Shown in pieces: positions 25,589 through 39,508 of a stretch of 64,000 nucleotides of DNA. This stretch comes from Geosiphon pyriformis uo1 (taxonomy: Eukaryota > Fungi > Glomeromycota). Position 1 is the first letter of the stretch; the number at the start of each line of letters is the position of its first letter. The stretch lies in the NCBI GenBank assembly GCA_016748015.1, contig JAAOMT010000718.1, positions 1 to 64,000 on the forward strand, given 5' to 3'. The notes below the pieces were generated by a model. The model had not been told where the DNA came from. It was given only the letters and a program-made list of their open reading frames with translations, and made no database searches. The translations under genes were made by a program, and so were the position numbers.

Positions 25589-26487
25589 TGATCTTTGACG
25601 CCTTACTAGTTAAAGTGAAGTTTTGAAAACGTTTAATTTAATGTAATCTTCTATATATATATACATATATTTTTTAGAACTGACTAATGATGGACCATTT
25701 TACTCTTTCAACATTTGAGATGGAGTAATATTATATAGAATTTAATTTATTTTGGCTATTTATACTTGCCTTAATGGCCTTCAAAGTCTAGAGCTTATTG
25801 GGCACGGAAACTGAAGATTTTGAAAAATCAAAGAATTAAATCAAATAGTTTCTCAAAAGTTTAGAATGAATATATTGTCTTAATATAAAAAATTTCCAGC
25901 ACTTTATAAGGTAGAACTTTAAGAAATCGAGTCGACCCAAAAAACAATCCTTTTTTGTGATGATTTGTTTGAATTATATGTAAATTCCATACGAATCAGT
26001 GCTTATAAAGGATTTGTCTGACCAAGAAATACATCCCCAATTCTCGCTGGTCTAATGCTTGTAAATTTTAGCCCAATTTAGCCGTTAGATTCGCTCTACT
26101 TCATTAATCATTAGTTTCTTATTTTTTAGATATTTTGGAGAATTTGGTAATAATAATAATAAATTTTAGACCATTATTATTTTTTTTAAATAATCACTCT
26201 TTTTTGTCAATTCTAATCCTTTACGACAATCCTTAACACAAGTAGTAGTCCGTCTAATAGTGCGCGGCGGACACAGCCTCTTCCTTGAGCATTTTTACCA
26301 AGATCTTTTTGGCGACCTATTTGTATATACATTTCGAATTTTCAAGTCACAATTAAATAAATGAAAACAAGGACGAATGTCTTTTATTATGAAAAAAAAA
26401 CCACGAGGTCCTGGTTTATTAATTTTATTTACACCAATAACATCAGAACTTTCTTTCGTATTCTAGTGTTACAAGGCCTAGGTTAAA

Positions 26488-27345
26488 TTGCTTATTTATT
26501 GGCAGGGGGGGAATACAAGTGCACAATACAATCTTGCAATCCGTTATAAAAATGGAAGAGGAACGACGAAAAATTCAGAAAAAGCATTTGAACTTTATTC
26601 AAAATCAGCAGAGGTGGGACATTTAGATGCACAATACAATCTTGCAATTTGTTATGCTAATGGATTGGGAACGACGAAAAAGCATTTGAACTCTATTCAA
26701 AAGCAGCAATAGCGGGAGATTTATATACACAAGATAATCTTGCACACTGTTATCAAAATGTATGGGGACAACGGAAAAATCAGAAAAAGCATTTGAACTG
26801 TATTCAAAAGCAGTAGAAGCGGGAAGTTTACTTGCACAATTCAATCTGAATGGTATTATCTAAATGTTCGGACATAGGAAAAAATCTGGAAAAAGAGGAA
26901 AATTCAAGTCGACAAAACAATCTTGGGAACTACAAAAATCTACAAATTCATTTCAAAGGTACCAGATCCGGAAAATATAAGTGTACTATATAACCTTGGA
27001 TGGTGCTATCAAAATGAATTAGGAACAACGGGCCCAAGATTTATACATGACTCAAAAATGGTGCATGGGGACTTTACATCTGGAAATATCCTTGTTTTGA
27101 AATCCAGCCCCTTAAAAGTTGTCATTTCTGATCTCGGATTTTGTCGTCCTGCCGACTACGCTCCACAGCCTTGCAAATATATGGCGTTCTTAAGTATCTC
27201 GCACCCGAGATTTGCAAGGGAGCTCCCCATACTAAGTATAGCGATATATACAGCTTTGCTATCGTTTCCTGCGAAATTATTTCAGGAGAAAAACCTCTGA
27301 ATAATACAAATCTTATTCACTCACAATTTGATGCGCTCTATGATT
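26488..27345 (+). pseudogene. Sel1-like repeat plus protein kinase fragment, frameshifted
   Basis: AQYNLAIRYKNGRGTTKNSEKAFELYSKSAE repeats; kinase subdomains VHGDFTSGNIL, ISDLGF, YLAPE and SDIYSF in different frames; no N-lobe. Confidence 0.85.
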
Positions 27346-29235
27346 AAAAAGTCTATTGTAGACAAACCCATCTGGGGACCAGCTATATTAATATCTTTAT
27401 AGCCACATTTAGTTTTTAAAGCTACTATCTCATGCTCCAGCTTATCAATAGCTTTGCTAAAAACACCTATATGCACCATAATCTTATTGACTTTAAGGCC
27501 AAGTATTTTACTTGGAACCAACCATTAATAAATTGTTCAAATACAGTAATTAAAGAACCAACAGGCTTAATGATAGACTTAATTAATGCAGAAAGTTTGG
27601 CCAAATCAGCTTTTAAAGAGGTTAATTGAAAGAACACCATAGGATTACTAACCACAGCTGCAGCAAAAAGAGCAGAGCCAACCAAAAAAATAGAAATTAA
27701 AAAGAGTGCAAACATAGCAGTCTTGACATAAAACTTAACATTAATAAAATAAGATACAAATATCTTAGAAGTTTTAGAAAAAAAAAGTAAAACCATCTTA
27801 AAATTAACAGTTAAATAATTCAAGTTTTGATACTTAAAACAATATTAGCATATAAAAGTTTTTTACCAGATATAATATTTTTTTAAAGTATTAGTTTTAA
27901 TAATAACACCATTTAAATTATTTTGTAAGTTAATTACTAATTTAAAAAATTATATTATTGATTTTAAAAACAATATAGCTAGAAAAAAGGTTGCCCAACT
28001 TGGTTTTAAACTTATTATAAAACAATAATTTTATTTTAATTTACTAAAAAAAGAATTTTAATAATATTTTTATTCAAAAAAACTGACCAATAATTCAAAA
28101 CAAATATAATAGCATCCAAATTTTTAAGATAAATAATTATATATTATTAAATATTAGCAGATTTTAACACAATATAAGTGACTTCTTTAAACATATTAAA
28201 TATTATTTTAATATTAGTAACAAATATATATAACATAATAACAGCAAAAAAAAACCAAATTTAAAAACCACCAGAAATTTGGCAATCTTAAAAGTAGTTA
28301 GACAAATAAAACTTCTAAGCTTAACTAAAAATACAGTTTTTAAAAACTATTAAAAAGCAAACTTCATACAAAAAAGCTTTATATTATCTTTTATAACTAA
28401 TTTTACATGTAAAAAACCATGTATAAATTAAAAAACAGTTTTAATATGAGCCAATTTAATTTTAAAAATAACACTAAACATTAAAATAAAAACCATTTAC
28501 TTAATAAACTTTTAATAATTAGTAATAATTTTTCAAATATTACTAGTAACAACACCAGAAATCAAAAGAGATAATAATAAATTAATTTCTATTTGATTAA
28601 TCCAGTTCTTAAAAACAGATAACTTAACAGAAAACTGTTGTATTGCTTTTAAAACCAGCAAAAATCTGCTAAAAAACATCATATTTAATAATATAATTAG
28701 TAATTAATCTTGGCTTATTTTAAATAATATGCCAAATAATATAATAAAAATTTTTTTTATGATTTTATCTGAAACTACAAAAAAGTTTAATACAATAATA
28801 GCAAAAACAAGTAACTGCTTTTGTTTTTTGGAATTCTTGGCTTTTTAGCTATTTTTAAAAAAGTAATACTAGTAGTACTAAATATAATAACAATATTTAA
28901 AAAGACTAGCTTATTAACTAGTCTATTATTAAAAACTTTTAAGCTTTTGGTAAAAGTAAAGACAACATTAAAACTAATCTAATTGTGTTTTTTAAAAGAA
29001 ATTTTAACTAATAAAAAACCAGTCAAAAATAAAAAAAATGTTTTAAAAATCATTAAAAGCAGTTTTTTATTATTACTACTTAGAAAAAAAGCTTCCAAGA
29101 CATTTTGTTTAGTTGGTTTTACAACAAAAAAAACCTTTTTGGTTGAAATTTTATTAGATATCTTAAAAAAAATATTAAGTACAGTTTTTTTGCTCTTTAT
29201 TTTAATTGTGGTTATAAAGTTAAGAAAACAAAAAA
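27341..29235 (-). mobile_element. LINE copy D: heavily eroded 5'UTR plus ORF1 only (3' part missing)
   Basis: ORF1-like coiled-coil remnants (LTSLKADLAKLSALIKSIIKPVGSL); A-run at the 5' end (T-run 29236-29244) as in the other copies; erosion increases rightwards. Confidence 0.6.
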
Positions 29236-32200
29236 TTTTTTTTTAATATTTTATTTAATTTTAAATATTAAATTAATAAAATAATAATATATATAAAATC
29301 CAATTAAATAATTAAATAACTTTAAAAAAACAATAACAACTAGTTAATATAATAATATTTACAAATTTCAAATTGTTGATAACTATTTTTAAAATTTTTT
29401 TATTATTTGGTTTTTATAAAAAATTATTGCCAATACTTTTTAAAAAATAAAAAAATAAATTCCAAAAAATACTAATAAAAACAATATTTTTATTATTATT
29501 TAATTTAAACAAAAATTTAGAACTCAAATTTTAATTTTTAAATAATATATATAATTAAAAAAAATTTAAAATCTTGATAAAATTATGTTAAAATAATAAA
29601 AAATTTAATTAACAAATAAACTTAAAAAAAAAACTGATTTATTATATGTTTTTTGGTTTTTTTTGGCTTTAAAAAATAATTTTATAATAAACATAACTAT
29701 TAAACTTGTCCAAAAAATTAAAAACAATCAAAAAATATATTTAAAATCTATATTTTTAGTTTTTATTTCTGTTTTTGTTTTTGTTTTAACTTTTTAAATA
29801 GCTTTTATTTCTTTTATTATTTAAATTTAAAATCTAAATATATAATTTATAAATAAGTTTATTGTTAATTCTGTTTAATTATTAGAATTATTAACATAAA
29901 CAATAATAAAAACCAAATAATTTTAGAAATTCAAATTCAAATTTTGCTTTAATTAATTAAAAAACAAAAATTTCAAAAAAACAGCATACAAAAATTATTT
30001 AAAATTCTATTATATTTAATAACTATTAATAATAATATAAGTATTATAATTGAAAATACATATTTTATTAATCAAATTTAAAAATATTTTATAGAATTTA
30101 AAATTAATTGTTATTATTAAACATAGTTTTTATTATAAAAATTGATTGTCAAATTAATAAATATATAAAAAATAAAAAATTAAATAAATATTAATATAAA
30201 TATATTAAAAAACATCTTATAACTTTTATTTTAGCTATTTAAAACAATATATTAATTAAATTTAAATTTAAAATTTATTATTAATAAAAATTTAATACAA
30301 AATAATTAGCAAAAACAAAAAAACAAAAATTAAATTAAAATTAATTATTTTTTTGTTAAAACTAAAAATAATAAATAGATTTAAAAAAGTTTTAAACAAT
30401 TTGCAAATTAAACTAAAAATTAAAAAGATTATTTAAGATTTTTAAATTATAAAAAAAGTTTTTTATTAATTTTTTATTATTCTAAAATTAATAAAAAATT
30501 GAACATATAATTAATATATTTAAGCAATATTAAATAAAACAATTTGTTAATAAAAACAATTTAATTTTTAATTATAAAATTATTTATTATTTAAATACAG
30601 TTTTTTAATATTGTTTATTAGTATTAATAAACTTAATAATAAATATTTTAATAGTTAATAACATTAGAAAAAAAAACTCTTTCTCTTGTTAATTTCCTGG
30701 TCATAATGAAAGTGAAATATTGTCAAAAAAAAAGTTTTCCTTACTCCTTATTCTTTTCATATTTTAACTATTTCTTCAGACATACCTTTATTTGTGAACA
30801 TGGAACTGGTGAATCCTATTGCTGGTGGCTTTGGACCTACTTCTGCTGGGTTGGAGAACTGGCCTGATATGAAAAAAAAAGGGTGAATAGTGTGTACTTG
30901 TGTAGTGCATCTTACAAGAAGCCAAGGAATTCTAAAGTCAGAGTTAGTATAGTTGACTTATCTGCTAGACCATTGGGCCTGACCAATATTGGTGTCATTG
31001 ATGGTAAGTTTTTGAAATCTTGGGGCAGTGAAATGAAAAGTGAAGCAAGTAGTGTAGATAGCCTATTGGACTTAAAGAACATGAAAAATACTGTCATTGA
31101 AGAAACTAGTTATGCTGACTCAAATGATTCTGTGATTAATGACATAAAAAATGATACCACGCCCAAGAAAATGCACACTCGCATGTATGTGTTAGATTAA
31201 TCTCCAAAAACTCCTTCGTTCAATATTTTGAATAGTAATGAAAATATGGTGGCTCTTCTGCCTCCTAAGTTTAAAAGTTCCAATTAGCTGCCAAGTATCA
31301 AGTCACATGTTTCAGAAAAAAGAAACTTTGAGCCAGTAAAATCTTTCACACTAGATATTGAGCTTTTGGCTATTTCAGAAAAATCTGTTAGTAACAAATT
31401 AATTTCAATAAAAAAATTTTTTATCAAGTTAATGGTTTTGGGGGAGCCTCTGCTCTCTCAAAATTTTTAGGAATTATCAGATCTTTATTTACTTCGGAAT
31501 TGAGCTTAAATAAGGCTAAAGAAATGACAATCTGTGAGAAAATTCTTGTTAATGATAATCCTAGGAAGGCAAACAGCCAATCGGATTGAGAAGTGATCAT
31601 CAAGAAAATCCCAGTGGATTTTCCCAAATTGGCAATTGAATCAGTGTTCTCTAAATTTGGTCAGGTGGTTTCAATTAGGATGCAACTGATTGGGCTTTGG
31701 CAAAAGGCTATAGTAGTATTTGATTTATTAGATGTGACTAGATTAATTGCTTCTAAATAGTCAGTTCTTGTGAGTAAAAATTCTGTTCATGTTGCATTAA
31801 CTGTGGATAACAAAAAATTGTGGATAATTAGAGATTGTTATTGGACATTATTGTATACTTTGCTAATAGGCATGACTGCTTATGACTTATCAGATTTGTT
31901 GGACTCTTATGGTGCAAAAACTTGCTTTATTGGCTGTAATTTTAGTTCATATGTTCATAATAGATGTGTGGTAGTCTGTTTTGATAATGAGGCATCTAAA
32001 TTGGTTGCTATTGGTTCTGTTCCAGTTTATAAGAGTGTGAATTTGTACTGGACTGGTTTTTCTTTAGCTTGTTGTGCTAAGTGTAAACAACTTGGTCATA
32101 TTTTTGATGTGTGTTCAATTGGTAAGAATTCTGGAATTCGTCATAAGCAGGTAGTATCTTCTTAGAATTAGGTCTGTTTAGCTAATATTTATAAAAAAAA

Positions 32201-35200
32201 GCAGGCTTTAATTGTCTGCCCAGTGTTTTTTAGTGGAAAAACTTGGATTCAGATTGTGGGTAGCTCTCCTTTTTATGTGGTTTCATCTGTTCTTTCTGGT
32301 GCTGGTTCATTCTTATGCACAAAGCCTTTGATGTCAACTTCCAATCCTCTTGATAATTCTGGTTTGGCCAATCATATGAATTCTTTGAAGCACTCCATAG
32401 GGCTTTTGTCAGACCAAGTTTCTGAGATTCTGAGGAAATTAAGCTTTGTGGATTTGGTACTGGTGTTGTCTCCATCTTGTGTCCTCTCTCTTATTATTGC
32501 TGTTCCCTTGGACTCAGCTTTGAGTTTGGATATAACTATAGATAGCATGGTAGTGCTCTCTTTGCCTCCTCTTCCAGTGATTAATAATACTACCTCTGAC
32601 CTAAGTTTGAGCAGCTTAAAGATTCTTATTACTAAGGTGGGTGGTTTGGAATTGAAGATGATGGCTTTGGAAATTTTGGTCAATTCAGTTTTGGCAAGAT
32701 TGGACTTTTTGTGTTCTAGTTTGGGTTTGTCAGCTTCTTTTCCATCTCAATGATTGATTTAGTTTGGAAAATTGCTATGTGTAACGTTAGAGAAATGAAC
32801 AATCTGGCTAAACAAAATGATATTGTGCATTGGCATAAAAATATGAACAATCTGGTTTTAATTTTTATGGAAACAAAGCTGAAAAAAAAGGTCTACCCAT
32901 GAATTGCTAACAAATTTAGTGGGGTCTGAGTGTTTATTTCGGATTTGAATTCTGGTTACTTGGGTTTGAGTGTTGCTATATTTATGAACAATTCTTTGGC
33001 AAGGCATATGAGTAAGATTTTTGAGGCACCTGGTCATCTTGTTTCTATCAAGTTGCTCTTTAAAAATAGACTTTCTGTTTTGATTTTGGAGCTCTATGCT
33101 GGTGCTTCTTCTGCAGTTCACTTCTCTCAAGCTGATGTTATTAACTCTTTTATTGCCAAAGCTACCAATGAGTTCACTTTTGTCATTCTTGACAGCAACT
33201 TCAATAAAGATGGTTCTCACAAGTGTGCAAGTTTTAAAAAGTGTTTCAGTTTGGGTTTGGTTAATTTTTTAGCTGGTAGCTCAGTGGCCAAAATGCCTAC
33301 ATGGGAAAATTTCAGAGGTGTTGTTAAAACAATTGACTATGTTTTTGTCTCTTTGAATTTAATCAATGCAATTCTGTATTGTGATGTTCTGAATGTTAGT
33401 AAGCACTTTAACACTGATCATCATGCTGTTTCTGTGTCCATGGGTTTGAGTGGACTTTTGGATGTGCAGTTAAACTCTTTTCACAAACAGACAAACAGAG
33501 ATTGCTGAAAGTTTGACATTAAAAATGCTAATGAGATTACATGGAATAAGTTCAAAGATGCTATAATGGCCAATACTGCTATGTTTTTTGATAAGTTTGC
33601 CATATCTAAGAAGTGTTTGGATCTGGATGTTATGTGGGACACTGTTTGCAAAGTAGTGTCTCTTTTGGCTAATGGAGTTTTCAAAAAAAAATGTTTTAAG
33701 GACTATAATAGGATGTTTACCAATGAGTTGTCCAGGTTTCATAAACTAAAAGTTCTGGTTTCAAGATTGGCTAAAACTTCTTATGAAATAGTGTCTAACA
33801 GGTTTTTCTCTCTTTTGAAACATTAGAACTCTTTGAATCCTAACAAAACATCTGTCATTCAGGTTCTTGTTGGCTCTGATGCAAATTCTGATCATATATA
33901 TTTTGCTCTTTTTGGTTAAGAAAATCTTATCATGCATCCAAACTGGCTGAGTTTTTATATCTGCTATTGAAAAACAGATGAAAAGTTTTACAGTTGACAA
34001 AGACCACATAATCCATAGTGTTTTGAAATGTTCTTTTTAGAAAGTGGTATTAGACCACCTGGTTTCTAATAGTAGTTTAATTGTGGACTCAGTTAATGTT
34101 AAAAATAATGTTGACAAGATTATAGAAGGTTGGACAAAAAAGAAGGTGGTGCCATATAACATTTCTGATTCATGGCAATGTTAATATCTGCCATTGGATT
34201 ATGTCGACAATAATGCTTTTTCTAGAGTAATAGACACTATTAGCTATGAAAATTTGGTATGCATAGTCAAGATTTGTTAGATGGCAAAGCTGTTGATTTG
34301 TCTGGTATTACAAATGAACTTTGGAAACATTGTGATGGTTTTGTGCTTAGTATGCTATTGGATCTCTTGAATATCTGTTTGGTCCATGAATCTGTACTCT
34401 AATGCTAAAAGGAGGCTTGGGTGTCTATAATTCTTAAGTCTTATAAGTGGGAAGGTGTTTTAACCAATACTAAGCCAATTGTTTTAATTAAAACTGCTCA
34501 TAAGATTCTTTCTAAGTTACTTTTTAATAGGATTTCGTTAGTATGCAGTGTGTTTGATGTTCTTTGTGGTGACAATTTTTTTGTGCTTAAGAGAACTACT
34601 ACCCAGTCTTCTATTTTTGCCATTGGCTTGGTTGTTGAAAATGCTTTAAAAAAAAATTGTGAACTTTGGCTTGTCTTACAGGATATGCATAAGGCCTATG
34701 ACTCTGTGGATTGGCACCATTTGTGGAATAGTTTGGTTTAGGTTAAGATGTGTGATCATTTCATCAGATTCTTTAGGAGTATTCACAATAATTGTGTCAA
34801 TCATGTTATGACTGATTTTGGCCTGACTAATAAGTACTGAGTGCATGATGATTTTGACCAAGGTGAAGTGTTTTCTCCCTTGCTGTGGAGAATTTTCTAC
34901 AATCACCTTTTATGTGAAGTTAAGAGACAGAAGAGTTTGTGTAAATACCATATTCACTTCAGGTTTGTTGCTAAAACTGGCAAATTGGAAATTCATAGTG
35001 GTTTGACCTTATTTTTGGCAGCTGGTGCTTTTGTTGATGACACAATTTGGGTGGGGAGTAGTCAAGCTGCCACTCAGTATATTTTGGACATTGTAAGTGA
35101 ATTTTTTAGTATAAACAATATTTCCATTAATAATAAAAAGACTGTGGCTATCTCTATCAACAGAAAGGTAAAAAAAGCATTATTGTTAATAAGTGGTCTG

Positions 35201-36219
35201 CTAATTTTGATTGCTCATAGAAGGGAGTCTCATAGATATCTTGAGATTTATTTGTTATCTGAGGGTTTGTCCAAACCCAGTTTGGCAAAAGCTCATTCAG
35301 ATGTTAGGTTCTTTATTAATTTGGTTTTAAGAAAGGCTATTTCAGACAAACAGTTTCTTTATCTGGTTTTAGCTGTGTTGCAACCTATTGTCAGTTATAG
35401 ATCTCAGTTTAGTTTTCTTTTTAAAAGTATGTGTATTAAGTAAGACATGTTAATTAGAAAAAATTTGAGACTTAAGGCTAGACTACCAAGTGATTTTCCT
35501 AATGAGGCTCTTCATCATCCATCCTTATATGGTTTAAAATCTTTTGAACAGGTGCAGGCTGAGTGCAAAATGGCTTCTGTGCTGAGTTTTTTGAATGCTG
35601 GTGAGATTCTGGATTACTTGTATATTCATAGGTCTCTTGACCTACAGATTCTGAGTTAGTCATCTGTTTACCTTTTATGTCGCCCAGTCAGATTGCATGT
35701 TAGTCCAGTCAACAATTATCTGGCTGGTGTTATGAAAATTTTTTTGAATTGTGATGTGTCTTTTGAGAACTTTTCTCATACAGCATTCTATTTTTTTGGT
35801 GGGACACTAATGTCTTTAGTTCTGAGGGATCATTTGTTTTATAAAGTTTCATGCTCACTCAAGAAATTTGGGGTTGCTTTTATTGAACAGCTGTATACTA
35901 AGAAAGGTTTAATTTTTGACTGAAAAAGCTTCTGCTATTAAAAAAAGCTCAATCCAAGAGGCCCAGTCTCTTATTGGTTCAATTTGACATGTGATTTTCT
36001 GGTCTGCTTTTCCCCTTATAAAGATTTTTTTTTTGCTGGACTCCAGTCACTGGATGTTGGTAGTTTAGATGGTGTTCTTCAGCTAAAGCAGTGTTTTCTT
36101 GCTTCTAATTTAAATGTCATTAAGATTTACATGAATGGATCTTTGAAAAATTTTAGTATATGAGAGATAAAATATGGTACAGCTGCTTATTTCTCAGATG
36201 TAAATCTGGGTATTGGTGT

Positions 36220-36823
36220 TGTTACCCAAGTAGAAAAACTGATCCAAAGTTATGAAGAAACATGACCAAAACATGACCAAAATATGACATAACACAAAAT
36301 AGCATGCAATAATGTTGGATAATGCATTATAACATAAGATAACGTGTTATAATACAGGATAATACAGAATAACATGTAATAATGTCAGATAATATGTTAT
36401 AACATAGAATAACTAGTGATAACATAGAAAAACAAAGCAATAACAGAAATAACAAAACAATAGCTAGTGATAGCAAGACAATTGAAAGCAATCCTGTAAA
36501 ACCAAAAGAATGTATAAAAGCAAGTAGTAGTAGAAGTTAGAAAAAGAGACAGATAGATATAAATCTCTAAACAAGAATCAAATATCCATACTTCTTCATC
36601 ATTTATTATTTTCCCTATTTTATCTTCTGAAATAAACCAATTATTAAAGAAATCAGAATCATAAATTCATGTTCTCGAACTTTGTGGAATTTATGTGAAT
36701 TAACTCTTGTCTCGTACTTTTATTCTAGGACAGATGCTCTTAGCATAACTGCCTCAAACTATTAATGATTTGGACCAATCACTCTTGATCACAGTGATTG
36801 ATGATACTAATTTTTCTTTTTTT

Positions 36824-36897
<74 letters not shown>

Positions 36898-37293
36898 CTT
36901 ATTTTTTTGTGGAACAGCAACATAGTAAAATTAACTGTCTGAGAATAGACTTCGTAATAACCTGGTAAAAGAGAAAAGCTCCCTCTAAGTTTTGGATATT
37001 AACATTATCTTGTTAGCTTACCAGAAAAGCAAAAAGACAACATCAGACCCTAACAACTGCGCTTGTTAGCTCAGAGAAGAAAGCTCACATTTATGGAAAA
37101 TGTTGTAATTGACAAAAAACAAACTCTGTGTCTTATAACCAAAGAACTCAATAGGTAAAATCACATCCAGGAATAGATCTTCAGAAACTGATAATCAAAA
37201 CTAAGCCAACAGAATTATGCAGAAGACACATTATTAATAATTGAGAGCACCAAATATTACCATTTCCCATATCCACCAAGTTTACCCATAACA
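36220..37293 (+). repeat. 5' LTR of the outer Gypsy (1074 bp)
   Basis: TGTTACCC...ATAACA; aligns with 55613-56644; contains a degenerate ~11-bp tandem array and a 72-nt T-run. Confidence 0.94.
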
Positions 37294-37295
37294 TT

Positions 37296-37313
37296 TGGTG
37301 CTCCCTGTGAGGT
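37296..37313 (+). promoter_or_regulatory. Primer-binding site TGGTGCTCCCTGTGAGGT (tRNA 3' end; elongator Met or Ile-UAU type)
   Basis: Starts with TGG 2 nt after the LTR end; identical to the inner element's PBS. The tRNA identity is inferred from resemblance to eukaryotic tRNA 3' ends. Confidence 0.85.
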
Positions 37314-38598
37314 TATAAATCCACAAAGACAGAGCACCCCAGAGATACACAAAAGTAATGACTATTGGAACAATAGAAAAAGACCATTTCTCATACGGAA
37401 AAGCACTATTTCAATACTTTTGAAAAAATCTAGGAATACCAGCAAAAACCACTATCACAGAAAGTGACTTTTGTAACTATATCAATGCAAAAATCAACTG
37501 CTTGTTAGGTTGCACAACAGACACAAGAAGACTTAAAGAACAAATCTATTAAAGCTTACTAAAGTACTCAACAACTACCACTACTTGAGCAATCACTGAA
37601 ACCTTATGCATAGTCAATACAGACATTAAACACTACATGACAAAATGATTCCCTTAAGTACAACAACCAGTAGAATTCAATCCAGAGGAATACGAGTACA
37701 AATCCAATAATCCTACAACTGCTCAAGACAAATCTACAGTCAACAAGAAACCAAGAGTTTTCTTCCCAACAACTCCATTATACCATCAGACACCTCAAAG
37801 TAGAATTGTATTCAACCTATTCTGGAAATCCAGTCAGAAACACCACGAACTTCTGGAAATTCACACCCTTGAAATTAACACAATTGGACCAAATTACTAG
37901 GAGAATACAGATTGCTGTTTGAAAATCTTACCCCAGCAGCCAGTTAAACAGAAAGAAACATGTCAACTTGAGAACAGCCACCAGCACAAAACCTAGCAGA
38001 ATTAGCATCTCCTCTGACAGAAAAAACAGCTATCTTACAATCTATTGGTTCAAGTGACAAAGGAAAACAACCAGCATTAACACCTGGAGAACATTCGAAT
38101 ACACAGATACCAATCCCTTTAAACATAACCAGTGACACCTCACCTATTAACCAGATCATGGCTTACCAGGATATTGCTAAATTGGAAAAATTCTTTGGCA
38201 AAGAAAATAATGCATATTTGTGGATTGCGGAAGCTGAGAAAGCAATCACTGCTAACAACTGGGATAATGACAAAGCTATTCAAGTGCTGCCATTTTTTCT
38301 AACTGGAACTGCAGACTCATGGTATTAAAGTCTTGCAGAAAAACCAACCAACTTTAATATCTTTAAGCTTGTCTTTTTACAATACTTTTGCAATCCCAAT
38401 ACATTAATCTGATTGCAGAATCAATTCAGCATAATTAAACAAAAAGATTACAAAGCAGTAACTACTTATCTTGGACGATTCAATCAAATCCTTCATCAAA
38501 TATTAGCTATTGAAAGAAACTATTATACTGCGGCACAAGTTTTTAATCAATTCATTAAAGAATTGTGAAGTAGTATTCTAAGATCTGTAAAACCCCGC

Positions 38599-39449
38599 TG
38601 TTACTTATAGAAATATAGGAAATATATTAGCATAATTATTAGCCAATTAGAAGTAAGTGTAGTAAATGTGGAATTCCAAGATTTCTCTCAGGAATTGTAG
38701 GATTCCAGAAATTTCAGGATTCCCTAATGAGGAATTTCAGGATTCCAGAATTCCAGAATTTCTCTCAAAAGAATCACAGAATTCCAGGAATTCCAGAATT
38801 CCTGTCATGAAAAATCGAGGAATTGAAGAATCTTAATTATGTATATATAGTGGTAGTGTTAGAAACAGAAAAGACAGAATCGATACCACAGAATTCTTAG
38901 CTTAGAAACAAAAATCATCAAATAAATAATTATTCTATATCTCAATCCACTCTCCACTATCAACACTTTATGTTGATAATAAGTGATACTTAACCACACT
39001 GGAACAATAGCTCTTGATCACAGCTATTGATGAGATACTAATCTGCAAATTGCCTTGGCTTATTTCTTTTCTTTCTTTATTTTTCTCTTATTTTTCTTTA
39101 TTTTATTTTGATTTATTATTGTGCACTAACCCATTGATTGAAAAGCACTGATTACTGACATCAAAAATTGCCTGGTAAAAGACCCCTGTGAGAGGGTAGG
39201 ACATGTACAGAAGATATGGATTACTTACCAGAGGATTGCCAGCCACCAAGCCAAGAAAAAAATTGACAGACTTGTGAGTCTGGGAAGCTACGGATAAAAC
39301 AACTATTGAATCTCTGTTCATTATACAAAGGACTTTATTAAAACCTTCAGATACAATGCTTGCAGAACCTTATCAATGGAAGTAGCTTCACGAGCACCAA
39401 GTTATGGGTTTGTTATTTACTTTAACAGCAGAAATAATCCCTTGTAACA
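38599..39449 (+). repeat. 5' LTR of the inner Gypsy
   Basis: TGTTAC...GTAACA; GGAATTCC-type array; TATA-like TATATATA near 38842. Confidence 0.96.
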
Positions 39450-39451
39450 TT

Positions 39452-39469
39452 TGGTGCTCCCTGTGAGGT
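39452..39469 (+). promoter_or_regulatory. Primer-binding site of the inner Gypsy
   Basis: TGGTGCTCCCTGTGAGGT, 2 nt after the LTR. Confidence 0.87.
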
Positions 39470-39508
39470 ATAATCCTACAGAGAACCAGCACCAACCCAA
39501 ATCTAAAC

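Noticed and set aside
36826-36897. 72-nt poly(T) in the outer 5' LTR as an inserted retro-tail
   Set aside because: The sister LTR has (TTTTC)n at this position; slippage or a homopolymer sequencing error is simpler.
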